Of a stretch of DNA of 64,000 nucleotides, positions 1 through 9,737 are shown piece after piece (position 1 is the first letter of the stretch; every line of letters starts with the position of its first letter). The notes under the pieces are model-generated. The model was not told the DNA's origin. It did no database searches and saw nothing but the letters and a program-made list of their open reading frames with translations. Both the position numbers and the translations under genes were made by a program. Origin of the DNA: Pseudomonadota bacterium (GTDB lineage Bacteria > Myxococcota_A > Bradymonadia > UBA4248); NCBI GenBank assembly GCA_017441205.1, contig JAFRYG010000142.1, forward strand, positions 499 to 64,498. The letters run 5' to 3'.

Positions 1-49
1 CCAGGTTCGGGCTGAACTTCGTGAGCTGAAGGCGGGTGAAGTTCTGTGT

Positions 50-1480
50 TTGCCGGCATTCGGGCAGCGTCAGGGAGAGCATTTGACGCTTCAGTCGGTT
101 CAGTTGGTTGGGGCAGAGGATAAAGCGTTCGATCATGCAGGATGTTTGAGGGCGGTTCGTGAGGGGGATGCTCGCTTTGAATATACGCTCCGGATGGAAG
201 AGCTGGAGGAGGGGCATTATTGGAGTGCGTCGGCACTGTCGCCTTTGCATCAGGGGGGATATTTGGTGTTCCCGGGAGAATCGCTGTTTGTCGAGCGCGG
301 CGTGAAGGAATCGCCGTCGGGAGCTGCGGAGACAATTGTATATATATCCGATGAGACGCAGACGGTTTCGACCCTGCGAGTAAATGCTTTGCAAGAGGGG
401 GCAGGGGGGCATTCCCAGTCGTACAGGGCGCGGGATCGTTTTGAGTTGACGCGGAGTTATTGGGCGTTCGGGCAGTTTAAGATGCTCGTTGCTTCGTCCG
501 ACAAGGTGACTTGGCGTCTGGCTGTCGATGAGGCCTGGCAGACGAGCATTCCGACGATCGAGCGCGAGCTTTCGCAGATACTGGAATACTATTCATTATG
601 GATGCCTCAGCAGACGCCGGACAATATATCCATATATCTATTTTCGGTTCCGTACGATGCATCGTATCATCAGGGAATTGCGCGTCCGGGCGGGATCATC
701 CTCGAACTTGGGGCGAATGCTGCATCCCGGGCAGAAGAGCGCCGGGTGCTGATGGCCCATGAACTGTTTCATTTGTACAATGGCGAGGGACTGCGGTTTG
801 ACCCATCGAAATACGGACAGACGGCCTGGTTTCGCGAGGGTATGACGCAGTATATGGCATTCAAATCGCTGCTTGCGATTGGGCTGATTACACGCGAACA
901 GCTGCATCACTGGATGGCACTGAGCATTTCGAAGCAGCGCGGTGGGGTGTATGATGCGTATTATCATGGTTTTTTTGTCAGCTATGCCATAGAGCTGCAG
1001 TGGGCATTGTATCGGACTCCCTATAATCTCGAGAATTTCTGGGCGTTTCTGGGAAACTCGAAACAGTGGCACGATCTGCATACGAACGATTCCATCCGCA
1101 GGCTTTTGATGCAGTACAGTGCCTTCGATTTCGATAATTTCTTCAAATTATATATTCCGGAAAATGCCAGGCTTCCGGTGACGGATCTGTTGAAGCGCAA
1201 CGCGCTGAATGTCGGCACGACGCAGGTATATCATTATTCTTCGGGAATTGAGTATGGTCTGGATACGAAGAATGCCCGATTGTATGCCCGCAGAGTTGAG
1301 AAAAATGGCCCGGCCTGGCAGGCCGGGCTCAGAAAGGGGGATATTCTGATTCCGGAACGGAACACGAACTGGAATGATGATTCAGATAAGCGCGTGACGG
1401 TAGTGCGCGGAAATCAGCGCATTCTGTACCGGATTCCCGTGACGGCATTTCCCGTGACGGAATTTGTGATTTCTTATTAG
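50..1480 (+). CDS. M61-like (glycyl aminopeptidase) zinc metallopeptidase with C-terminal PDZ-like domain; probably 5'-truncated by the window edge
   Basis: HExxH motif (MAHELFHLYNG) followed by WFREGMTQY; C-terminal GPAWQAGLRKGDIL is PDZ-like. Confidence 0.7.
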   Translation: MPAFGQRQGEHLTLQSVQLVGAEDKAFDHAGCLRAVREGDARFEYTLRMEELEEGHYWSASALSPLHQGGYLVFPGESLFVERGVKESPSGAAETIVYISDETQTVSTLRVNALQEGAGGHSQSYRARDRFELTRSYWAFGQFKMLVASSDKVTWRLAVDEAWQTSIPTIERELSQILEYYSLWMPQQTPDNISIYLFSVPYDASYHQGIARPGGIILELGANAASRAEERRVLMAHELFHLYNGEGLRFDPSKYGQTAWFREGMTQYMAFKSLLAIGLITREQLHHWMALSISKQRGGVYDAYYHGFFVSYAIELQWALYRTPYNLENFWAFLGNSKQWHDLHTNDSIRRLLMQYSAFDFDNFFKLYIPENARLPVTDLLKRNALNVGTTQVYHYSSGIEYGLDTKNARLYARRVEKNGPAWQAGLRKGDILIPERNTNWNDDSDKRVTVVRGNQRILYRIPVTAFPVTEFVISY

Positions 1481-1484
1481 GCTC

Positions 1485-2729
1485 TCATTTAACGGTAATG
1501 AGCCATGCCTTGAGGTATCTGGCCTCGGCAAAGCGAGCGACATGATCTGCCGGCAGTCCGGTATAATCGACGGCTTCGAGGGTTCGGTGGAGCAGGGCTT
1601 TGCGGACGATCTGTGCGAATTTATCGCTGCCGATATGCGAAGAACATGAGCAGCAAAGGATCTGACCGCGCGGATTCAGGCAGTCGGCAGCTGCCGCAAA
1701 GAGCCGCATATAGGCTTTTTCCGCGGTTGCGATCTGGGCCTGCGAAGAAGCGAAGCTCGGGGGATCCGCGATAATGAGATCGAATTTGTTTTTTCGGGAT
1801 TTGGCTTTTTCGAGCCATTCGAACATGTTGCTTTTTTGCAGGACATGTTCGGCGGCGGCGATTTGCGGGTTGTCGCTGTTGATTTGATAGTGTTTTTGAA
1901 CGAGTTCGAGGGCATGCCGGTCGCCGTCCAGACTCCAGACTGCGCAGGCGCCGCCGAGGGCGGCATTAATGGAGAATCCGCCAGAGTAGCAACAGATATC
2001 GAGAACTTTTTTGCCTTCGGAAAGGCTTCGGATGAGTTGGCGGTTATTGCGCTGATCGAGGAAAAATCCCGTTTTTTGTCCTTTAAAGATCTGGGCATGG
2101 AATCTGGCGCCGTTTTCGAGGAATTCGGCATAGGGCGTCTCGTCGTTTCCGAAGATCAGGGAAGCTTCACTAAAACCGGCCTTTTCGAAGTGCGAAAGGC
2201 ATTCCCTGCCGAACCGCAGGACAATTCGATAGGGCAGTACGCCGCAGGCGGACTGCAGCGTGTCGTCGGGCGATGTGCAGATTTTGGAAAGGACTTCGAT
2301 GAAATCCCGCAGATAGGGCAGCCAGCATGCGGAATAAACTTTCAGTACCCAGGAACCGGCGTATGCATCGACGACGATTCCCGGCAAACCTTCGCTTTCG
2401 CCGCTGATCAAGCGAATGGCGTTGGTATTGTCAGAAATGATGCCCATTTGTGCGCGTCCGGCGATGGCTTCGGCGATTCTGGATTCGAGGTATTGCTCAT
2501 TGAATTCACAGGGATTGCCCAGAATGCGCACGGGGATTGGACTGGCGGGATCGTACAGGCCAACTTTGATGCACTGATTGCGTTTGCCATAGATGGCGAC
2601 GAGATCTCCGGCCTGTGGTGTGACTTTGCCAAAGTCGGTATGTTTGGCGAAGATCCAGGGCATTTCGCGACGGAGTCTGTATTCGCATCTTTCGTCGACG
2701 TGAAGTTTGATAACGGCAGGTTTATGCAT
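1485..2729 (-). CDS. rlmI: RlmI/RlmK-family class I SAM-dependent rRNA methyltransferase
   Basis: N-terminal PUA-like region (PWIF), GQKTGFFLDQR, VLDICCYSGGFS and DLIIADPPSF motifs. Confidence 0.8.
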   Translation of the reverse strand: MHKPAVIKLHVDERCEYRLRREMPWIFAKHTDFGKVTPQAGDLVAIYGKRNQCIKVGLYDPASPIPVRILGNPCEFNEQYLESRIAEAIAGRAQMGIISDNTNAIRLISGESEGLPGIVVDAYAGSWVLKVYSACWLPYLRDFIEVLSKICTSPDDTLQSACGVLPYRIVLRFGRECLSHFEKAGFSEASLIFGNDETPYAEFLENGARFHAQIFKGQKTGFFLDQRNNRQLIRSLSEGKKVLDICCYSGGFSINAALGGACAVWSLDGDRHALELVQKHYQINSDNPQIAAAEHVLQKSNMFEWLEKAKSRKNKFDLIIADPPSFASSQAQIATAEKAYMRLFAAAADCLNPRGQILCCSCSSHIGSDKFAQIVRKALLHRTLEAVDYTGLPADHVARFAEARYLKAWLITVK

Positions 2730-2762
2730 GAACAGTGGCAGAGGAAGCGTACAGTTACGAAT

Positions 2763-3608
2763 TTATTTCGGTTTCTGCGTGGTAAAAAGTGCGATTTTCA
2801 TTGGAACTTTCAGGCCTTTGCCCTGAAAGTAATGATGGAATGAACGGACCAGGTGCGTGAGCAAAGCCTTGGTGTCGATTTCGGGATCGCCAGGATTCAG
2901 GCAGTAACCGAGATAATGTGATTCGACGAGCGTGGAGAACAGGAGCTGTTCAACGGTATCAAAGACGAGGTCAAACGAGGATGTTTCACATCCCGTAATC
3001 TCAAGTCCACTGTTCTGGATGGCAGTGGATATGGAATCAATGGACATGGCCTCGTGGAGAGCGGGGAGGATTTCCTTGCATTTCTGGGGATGAAGCCGGA
3101 AGAGTGATTCTTCGAGGATATCAAAAAAAGCGGGAAATGATCCGTCCGTTGGAATGGCACAAATCAGGTGTCCTTCGGGTCTGAGTACTCTGCGATATGC
3201 CGAAAAAACGACTTCAGCCCGGCACAGCGTTGAGAGTCCCACTTCTGTGATGGCGAAATGAAAGCTGTTGCTGGCGTAATTCAGGGCAGAGAGGGGCTGC
3301 GTCGAGAAGTACAGATTCAGCATGCTTTTGGGTGTCATCTGACGAAATGATTCGAACCGCGTGTTCGATTCATCGACGATCATGAGCTTGCCGGGGGATC
3401 CGCTCAGGCATTCGATGAGCTTGCTGAGAAGGGATTTAAACCTCAATTCCGGCAACAGTATGACCGGCTGTTTGGGCATCGTGCAGGCAAAGCTGTACTC
3501 CAGCAACGGAATATCGACCTTTTCAGACCAGATCGGATCGATACAGGTTTCGTCGATGTGCATCTGCCGTGCGATGCGTTCGGCCATCTGATTGTTTTTA
3601 TCGGTCAT
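2763..3608 (-). CDS. Hypothetical protein, degenerate BioC-like methyltransferase fold
   Basis: YRRVLRPEGHL resembles a class I MTase motif, but there is no glycine-rich SAM motif I; start of this ORF overlaps the thiL stop (ATGA). Confidence 0.45.
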   Translation of the reverse strand: MTDKNNQMAERIARQMHIDETCIDPIWSEKVDIPLLEYSFACTMPKQPVILLPELRFKSLLSKLIECLSGSPGKLMIVDESNTRFESFRQMTPKSMLNLYFSTQPLSALNYASNSFHFAITEVGLSTLCRAEVVFSAYRRVLRPEGHLICAIPTDGSFPAFFDILEESLFRLHPQKCKEILPALHEAMSIDSISTAIQNSGLEITGCETSSFDLVFDTVEQLLFSTLVESHYLGYCLNPGDPEIDTKALLTHLVRSFHHYFQGKGLKVPMKIALFTTQKPK

Positions 3609-4621
3609 GATGGTGCTTCAGAATGGGATGGAAAGTGTGAAAAGCTCTCGTCTGATCGCAGGGATGGAAGTCCATTTTCGAGCCATTGAACGCCAGTTCC
3701 CTGCATACAGGAGCCAATCCGGAAACAGGAGATTCCATTTTCCCGGGCCAGATTTATGATGGTCATAGCATGATTTGGCTCACACGTCATGAGTAATCCA
3801 AAATCTTCTCCGCCGCAAAGCATCCAGTCGATGGGATCGAGATCAAATTTTTCGGCAATTTCGCATAGCTGCGGCGGTGGCGTGAGGTTTTCGATTTGTA
3901 TTTTTGCCGCGCAATGACTCTGCATCATGAGTCTTGGCAGATCTGTCCGAATGCCATCCGAAAGGTCCATCATCGCGGTGGCCAGCTGTCTTCGTGCGAT
4001 GGCAGGTCCCAGTGCGGCGAGTGCTTTGGGGCGTCTGAAGTCCTGGATGAAGGTGGCGAATTTTTGGAATTCAGGTGTGAGGTGCAGTCCGCGCCGGCAG
4101 ATTTCGAGGCCGGCTGCAGAGAATCCGGGATTGCCGAGGACCAGAATGGCATTTCCGGGTCTGGCACCAGTGCGGAGCACTGCCGGCCAGGGCGGGTTTT
4201 GACCGAGCAAAGTAATGGAGAACAAGGTTTGCCGGCTGCGTACGACGTCGCCGCCGATGAGCCAGCATTTATCGAGTCCGTGGTCCTGGATACAGGATTT
4301 GATTGCCTGAACTGCCGCCTGAATTTCGTGCAAAGGGAGTGCAGGGGACAGGCCGAGTGCCAGTGTGAACGGCCCGGCATAAGCGCCCATGGCGGCGATA
4401 TCACTGATATTTGAGGTCATGCAGCGATAGGCGGCATCTGCCAGCGTCATCCACTCGAGATTGAAGTGGACGCCTTCGATGGAGGCATCTGTCGTTATGA
4501 GGTCGAATCGGGTCCGCAAAATGGCGCAATCATCGCCGATGCCTCTGATCGTGATATCATCGCGCGAAGGGAATTCGCGCGATATGAGATCGATGATTTG
4601 CGATTCGGTCCAGTCGGACAT
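3605..4621 (-). CDS. thiL: Thiamine-monophosphate kinase
   Basis: GIGDDCA, EGVHF, SNISDIAAMGA, GGD, AMMDLSDG and GGEDFGLL motifs. Confidence 0.93.
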   Translation of the reverse strand: MSDWTESQIIDLISREFPSRDDITIRGIGDDCAILRTRFDLITTDASIEGVHFNLEWMTLADAAYRCMTSNISDIAAMGAYAGPFTLALGLSPALPLHEIQAAVQAIKSCIQDHGLDKCWLIGGDVVRSRQTLFSITLLGQNPPWPAVLRTGARPGNAILVLGNPGFSAAGLEICRRGLHLTPEFQKFATFIQDFRRPKALAALGPAIARRQLATAMMDLSDGIRTDLPRLMMQSHCAAKIQIENLTPPPQLCEIAEKFDLDPIDWMLCGGEDFGLLMTCEPNHAMTIINLARENGISCFRIGSCMQGTGVQWLENGLPSLRSDESFSHFPSHSEAPS

Positions 4622-4623
4622 GA

Positions 4624-5958
4624 TTAGAGGATCCGATCCAGACAGCGTTTAAGGAAGCCTTCCTTGTGGGGGCGATCCGCAGCCTTGGATGTTCTGGAAT
4701 GGCTTTGAAGTGATGGCGTGGTTTTGAGTCTGACGCACTGGCTGTTGAAGGGTTTTCGCCCGGATCGTTCATTGACGAGCTGGCTGGAAGGAACTCTTCT
4801 GACTGCGCGTTGTGAGGAGGGCGTGAGTCTTGAAATATCGCGGGCGGACACGTGCGTCGGTGCAGATCCCATGACTTCGTCAGCTCTTTGGCTTTTGGCA
4901 ACGAGAGACGGAGAGACGGTGGAAACCGCTCCGGGAGGCGTGGATCGTCGGATAGTCCATGCATCGCCAGCTTCGCGTCTTTTGCATTCGATAGGATCGA
5001 GGAAATCTTCGAGGGCAGCTGCGAGGTCATTGACATTCTGGTAACGGGAATGCGCTTTCTTTTCGACGCATTTCATGACGATGTCGCGCAGCATTGGCGG
5101 GACTTTGTCGCTCATGGTCGGGAAGGTGTTATTGATGTGCATCATGGCGACATCGAGTGCTTTTTTGCCTCTGAACGGGGCATCTCCTTCGAGCATGGCG
5201 TACATGACGCATCCGAGGGCATATACATCGCTTCGGCCATCGAGTTTTTCGCCTTTTGCCTGTTCTGGGCTCATGTATTCCGGCGTACCGCAGACGACGC
5301 CGCCGCGCGTGATTTGTTCTGCGCTTTCGGGGCCGCTGACGACTTTTGCCAGGCCAAAATCGACGACTTTAATGCGCAGATGCGGTCCGGGATTGTGCAT
5401 GATGAAGATGTTTTCGGGCTTGAGATCGCGGTGAATAATGCCCTTCATGTGTGCTTCCGACAGACTCCAGCAGACCTGGAGGGCAACGCGAGTGGCTGTA
5501 ATCGGGGACAGCTTGCGCTTGATGCGCATGATTTCACGCAGATCTTTGCCGTGGAGCCACTCCATGACCAAAAACATGAATCCGTCTTCTGTGACCCCAT
5601 AATCAATGAGTTCGATCGTATTCGGGTGCATCAATCGCTTGATCGTCCTGACCTCTCGCTTGAACCGCTCGATGGCCACAGGATCGCGCTGCAGGGAGGA
5701 ACGCATGATTTTAAGGGCAACGAGCTGCTGCTGTTCCAGATCTGTTGCCAGATAAACAAATCCCATTCCACCGGCTGCGATGAGACGTTCGACGCGGAAT
5801 CTTTCACCAAAGACATGTCCTGTCTGAAAATCGGATGCAGGATCGTGTTCTTCCAAATGTTTTGCTGCCACCATATCATTCACCCTTTCGAGCGTATTTA
5901 CTCGCCTTATGAGACGTCTGTTCGACGTGCGGGACAAATTACGTCTTGAGTGTCTCAC
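4624..5958 (-). CDS. Hanks-type Ser/Thr protein kinase with low-complexity C-terminal tail (alternative ATG at 5874)
   Basis: IAAGGMGFVY, VALK, HRDLKPEN, DFG, GTPEYMSPEQ and SDVYALG all intact. Confidence 0.93.
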   Translation of the reverse strand: MRHSRRNLSRTSNRRLIRRVNTLERVNDMVAAKHLEEHDPASDFQTGHVFGERFRVERLIAAGGMGFVYLATDLEQQQLVALKIMRSSLQRDPVAIERFKREVRTIKRLMHPNTIELIDYGVTEDGFMFLVMEWLHGKDLREIMRIKRKLSPITATRVALQVCWSLSEAHMKGIIHRDLKPENIFIMHNPGPHLRIKVVDFGLAKVVSGPESAEQITRGGVVCGTPEYMSPEQAKGEKLDGRSDVYALGCVMYAMLEGDAPFRGKKALDVAMMHINNTFPTMSDKVPPMLRDIVMKCVEKKAHSRYQNVNDLAAALEDFLDPIECKRREAGDAWTIRRSTPPGAVSTVSPSLVAKSQRADEVMGSAPTHVSARDISRLTPSSQRAVRRVPSSQLVNERSGRKPFNSQCVRLKTTPSLQSHSRTSKAADRPHKEGFLKRCLDRIL

Positions 5959-6117
5959 ATTGTGAGCCGATGTCCAATTTTTGGGGGTGTTGGCCGCCTA
6001 TTTGACCGCATGCGCGGCTCTGCATACGGCGGCCTTTGGGTCTTGCTATGGGGCTGCTTTGTGCAGCACCCATACGCAAGACCTGCTTTTTATGGGACGA
6101 CAAACCGGGCGTCCGTA

Positions 6118-6873
6118 TTATTCGGCAGATTCCTGAGTTTCTGTCTGCGACTGTGTATTGTTTTCGTCAGATTCAGAAGATTCAGAAGATTCAGAGGATT
6201 CGTCAGTGTTGGCAGTTTCTTCGGAATTTGCTTCTGATTCAGGATTGAACGTGATGTCGATGTAGAACTGATTGGTATCGAGCGTAACTGAATAGGTTTC
6301 TTCTTCGACGGATTCTGCCCGGCTGCTCAAAACAGAACTGATGATCGAACCGGTACTCCATGAACCTGAGCCGGAATCCCCGTTGGTCGACTTGAACCAG
6401 CTCTGAATGTAGTTCATGCGTTTTCGTGCGCTGGGCATGAGTTGAATCGTCACGCGGATGATGTAATTGTCAGGCGGGAGATCCGTCAGCGTGAGAGCCT
6501 GGATGCCAATCTGCGAAAGGGCACTCAGGAACGCATTTTCATCTCTGTACCTCTGCCACATGGATGCGCCGCGCCACAGGATGAGGCAGGGAGATTCGAA
6601 GGGATCGAGGTAGCATCTCTGGGTCGCTTCGAGATGGCTTCGCAGTAAAGTTTTTTCACCGTCGCTGCTGAGCAGCGAGATTTTAATCTGAATGGAATTC
6701 TCCCAGCCATTGGTCAGCACGGGACTGATTTTCTGGATGAATTGCGGAATCATGAGATTACAGAAGATGCGTTTATTGCTTTCTGTGCACTGAACATTGT
6801 CCGCTTCGGCAAATGCGATCTGCGGCAAGAGACAAACCAGCAAAACAAAAATGGAAAGTACGATTCGTTTCAT
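6118..6873 (-). CDS. Exported hypothetical protein (DUF4390-like) with acidic Ser/Glu-rich tail
   Basis: Signal peptide MKRIVLSIFVLLVCLL...AFA; C-terminal ESSESSESSES from 9-bp repeats. Confidence 0.55.
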   Translation of the reverse strand: MKRIVLSIFVLLVCLLPQIAFAEADNVQCTESNKRIFCNLMIPQFIQKISPVLTNGWENSIQIKISLLSSDGEKTLLRSHLEATQRCYLDPFESPCLILWRGASMWQRYRDENAFLSALSQIGIQALTLTDLPPDNYIIRVTIQLMPSARKRMNYIQSWFKSTNGDSGSGSWSTGSIISSVLSSRAESVEEETYSVTLDTNQFYIDITFNPESEANSEETANTDESSESSESSESDENNTQSQTETQESAE

Positions 6874-6875
6874 GG

Positions 6876-8546
6876 CTATCTCACTACCAAATCCAGTAAA
6901 TTGGAGAGCGTAATACTAAAGAGGCCGTAATCTGTTTTGAAGCGGATTCCGGCGTTAAAGGACATGTCAGCAGCAAAGCTGTCGCGGATTTGCTGTGGCT
7001 GAGTTCCCAGGAAGAGGCTTCGTGATTCGAGAGAATCGGCCCATGTGGCGCCGACAGACAGGAAAATCTCGAGCATTCTGGCGACAGGCTGCCAGGCATA
7101 AGTCAGAGCAATATGCGCGATGAAATCTTCATAAGAGAGCCCGGAGGCACCTGTTTTGAACAGATCATATGCGCCGCGATGGCTCGGGTTGAGCATGAAA
7201 AATCTCGAAGGCGCCAGCGTATAAAAATCTCTGTAGAAGAATTTTTCGAAAAATGGCGCATTGCCCCAGGTCGCTCCCCAGAAAGACTGGAGCCGAATCA
7301 CATGATGGACATCGGCGTTAAAGTTGCTCTGGTGTGCGAGGTGCATTCTGAAATAGGAATAGTCGGACGCGGAGGTTCTGGCAGTCCCTTTCAGACCGAG
7401 CATGATAAAATGCCCTTTGTTGGGGAGGATGCGGCCTGCCCGGCTGTCGTACATGACGTTTGCTTCGATGGTGGTCAGATTGCCATGGCCTGCTTTCATG
7501 AAATCGTCGAGTTCTGTGCGAACTGTCGACAAATCATTGCGGCGAAGCAGATTCATGTATTCGACTCTGAACATGAGTCGGACGAGCGGATGCGGCGCAT
7601 AACCCAGGCCGATCGATGCGCCATGGCGTTCGAAAACGAGATCATCCAGATATTCAAAGGGATTGGTTTTGTTTTCGCTCGTTTTGATCTCATTGTTGTA
7701 ATAGGAGGGCCCAAAGACGCCTTCATGGGAATGAAGCGATTGGATTGAGAACATCAGTGAGACGGGTTGGTGAGCGATCGTCGGGATGAGGTAATTCATC
7801 GAAAGCGTATAATCATTCGATGATGTTGCCCCGAATGCCATCCGGAAACGGTGATCGGTTGCGAACGGCGCAAGGTAGGTGACATCCAGACCAAGCCAGA
7901 ACGGCGATTTGTAGCTTGAACCGATGGTGTAGTTATTGAACTGCAGATGCGAACGTTCCGAAACATGCAGGTGTATGACGATGCTTCCGCGTTCATTGCC
8001 GGGACGAAGCGACATGTCAACGGAGTTGAACAGACCGCACATTGCGAGGCGGAATCTGGCATCTTCGAGTTCGTCGAGTGTGATTCGATCCGTGTCGTCG
8101 AGGCCAAGCATCTTAATGATTCTTTCCCTCGAAGTCTGTGTGTTGCCTGTGACCCGAATGGTTTGAATGACATATTCCGGATTCGGCAGTCTGGCTTCTT
8201 CGGAGGAGGGAACGAGCTCCAGCGATGAATCCAATTCATCGGCATACTCGCCATCCTCTTCGTCAAGAATGATGTCACCTTCTTCGTATTCGTCATCGAT
8301 GTAATCGTCATCGGTGATTTCTCTGTCGTCTCCCTCCATGTTGTCATCGTTAATGGAATACACCATGTGAGCTGCAGGGACATCGAGCGGTGGATCGACT
8401 TCATTCTGACCGTCATTGTTGTAGGCGGGAGCTGAGTCAGGGAGTGATGTGACTGTCGGGGGAGTGGCTTCTTCCTGGGCAAAGACACTCGCGGGAAACA
8501 TGCATAACGCTAGAATTCCGCAATAAATATATGTTTTAAGTTTCAT
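6876..8546 (-). CDS. BamA/TamA (Omp85) family outer-membrane protein with one POTRA domain and an acidic N-terminal region
   Basis: Signal peptide from MKLKTYIY (8546); POTRA IRVTGNTQTSRERI...LFNSV; barrel motifs YDSR..LPNKG and APFFEKF. Confidence 0.75.
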   Translation of the reverse strand: MKLKTYIYCGILALCMFPASVFAQEEATPPTVTSLPDSAPAYNNDGQNEVDPPLDVPAAHMVYSINDDNMEGDDREITDDDYIDDEYEEGDIILDEEDGEYADELDSSLELVPSSEEARLPNPEYVIQTIRVTGNTQTSRERIIKMLGLDDTDRITLDELEDARFRLAMCGLFNSVDMSLRPGNERGSIVIHLHVSERSHLQFNNYTIGSSYKSPFWLGLDVTYLAPFATDHRFRMAFGATSSNDYTLSMNYLIPTIAHQPVSLMFSIQSLHSHEGVFGPSYYNNEIKTSENKTNPFEYLDDLVFERHGASIGLGYAPHPLVRLMFRVEYMNLLRRNDLSTVRTELDDFMKAGHGNLTTIEANVMYDSRAGRILPNKGHFIMLGLKGTARTSASDYSYFRMHLAHQSNFNADVHHVIRLQSFWGATWGNAPFFEKFFYRDFYTLAPSRFFMLNPSHRGAYDLFKTGASGLSYEDFIAHIALTYAWQPVARMLEIFLSVGATWADSLESRSLFLGTQPQQIRDSFAADMSFNAGIRFKTDYGLFSITLSNLLDLVVR

Positions 8547-8710
8547 TCGATGCTCGCGTGGATAAGAAAAGTCCTGTTCTGACACCGGTCCTGGCTGTCA
8601 AACCATTGATTATGCCTTGAGTTTCGTTACAGATAAAGAATTATTATTCTCAATGTAAAAAATAGGCTATGTACCCCGAATATGGCTATTACCATTAGGA
8701 TATAGACTCG

Positions 8711-8927
8711 TTCGCGCTTTGCAGCGCGGTTGCTTGTTTTTTTTGTACGCTTACGCGGCAGGGGGTGTTCGATTGTGAACACCCCCTACAACCCCCGCAC
8801 GCTTTTGTGCATTCATGGTTGCGGGGCGAATGTCCATCCCTGGACATGCCGCCCTCGCCTCTCGCCACCATCCATGGCGGCGTATTTATTGTGATGAATG
8901 CCGAATACGGACATTCGGAATCATTGC
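8711..8927. repeat. ~215-bp structured intergenic direct repeat, copy A
   Basis: Near-identical to 11289-11502; hairpins GGGGGTGTTC-GATTGT-GAACACCCCC, CCCCGCA..TGCGGGG and TGTCCA-TCCC-TGGACA. Confidence 0.9.
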
Positions 8928-8978
8928 AACAAAGCAGATAAAGAAACGTCTCTGTACTAATGATTAATTGGATGAATG

Positions 8979-9512
8979 CTACCTGATCAGATCATTGAGC
9001 AAATCGGATCCGGAGTCATAGAATTTAGCCAGGGTCCGATTTTTTGCTGTCAGGAGGCCGTCATCCGTATTTTTGTCGAGCATGGCTTTGAGCAAATCGT
9101 AGCATCCCAGTGCATTGAGAATACCCATGGGTTTGCTGCACAGACCGAGGGATTTGAGAACGTAGAGCTCGAAGAATTCATCGAAGGTTCCGATGCCGCC
9201 TGGCAATATGGCGAAGGCATCGGAGATGTTTTCCATCGTGGCTTTTCGGTCGTGCATGCTTTCGGTGATGATGACCTGGGTGCATCCTTCGAAGGTAAAG
9301 CCCGGACGATCGAATATTTTGGGGACGACGGCGATGATCTTTCCGTTGGCTTCGGCTGCACCCTGAGCAACGGCACACATAATGCCCTTGTTGTAACCGC
9401 CGTAAACGAGATCATGGCCCTGCGAGGCGAGCATATATCCGAAGTCTTTTCCGATTTTGTAGAATTCCGGGTTGAGGGATTCGGATGACGAGCAATAAAC
9501 ACAGATTTTCAT
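8979..9512 (-). CDS. LOG family (TIGR00730-like) nucleotide phosphoribohydrolase
   Basis: MKICVYCSSS start with AGGAG RBS; LVYGG, MHDRK and LPGGIGTFDE motifs. Confidence 0.9.
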   Translation of the reverse strand: MKICVYCSSSESLNPEFYKIGKDFGYMLASQGHDLVYGGYNKGIMCAVAQGAAEANGKIIAVVPKIFDRPGFTFEGCTQVIITESMHDRKATMENISDAFAILPGGIGTFDEFFELYVLKSLGLCSKPMGILNALGCYDLLKAMLDKNTDDGLLTAKNRTLAKFYDSGSDLLNDLIR

Positions 9513-9737
9513 ATTTCTCCTTGGAATCATCTTGACGCGGTGCCGCTGCCTGGTAGTTTTGTCAGGAAGCACTGGTGCTGACATGCTGTGAAATATTCGC
9601 GAAGCGCGTCAATGGCAATAGTCAATTTTAGAGTTGTTGGTTGTTAACTAAAGCCTGCAGAGGAACCGGATGATGAAAATGAGGCGGCAGGATGAAAGCA
9701 CCGGAACCTGCATCAAACCATGCCAAAATGGGATTTG

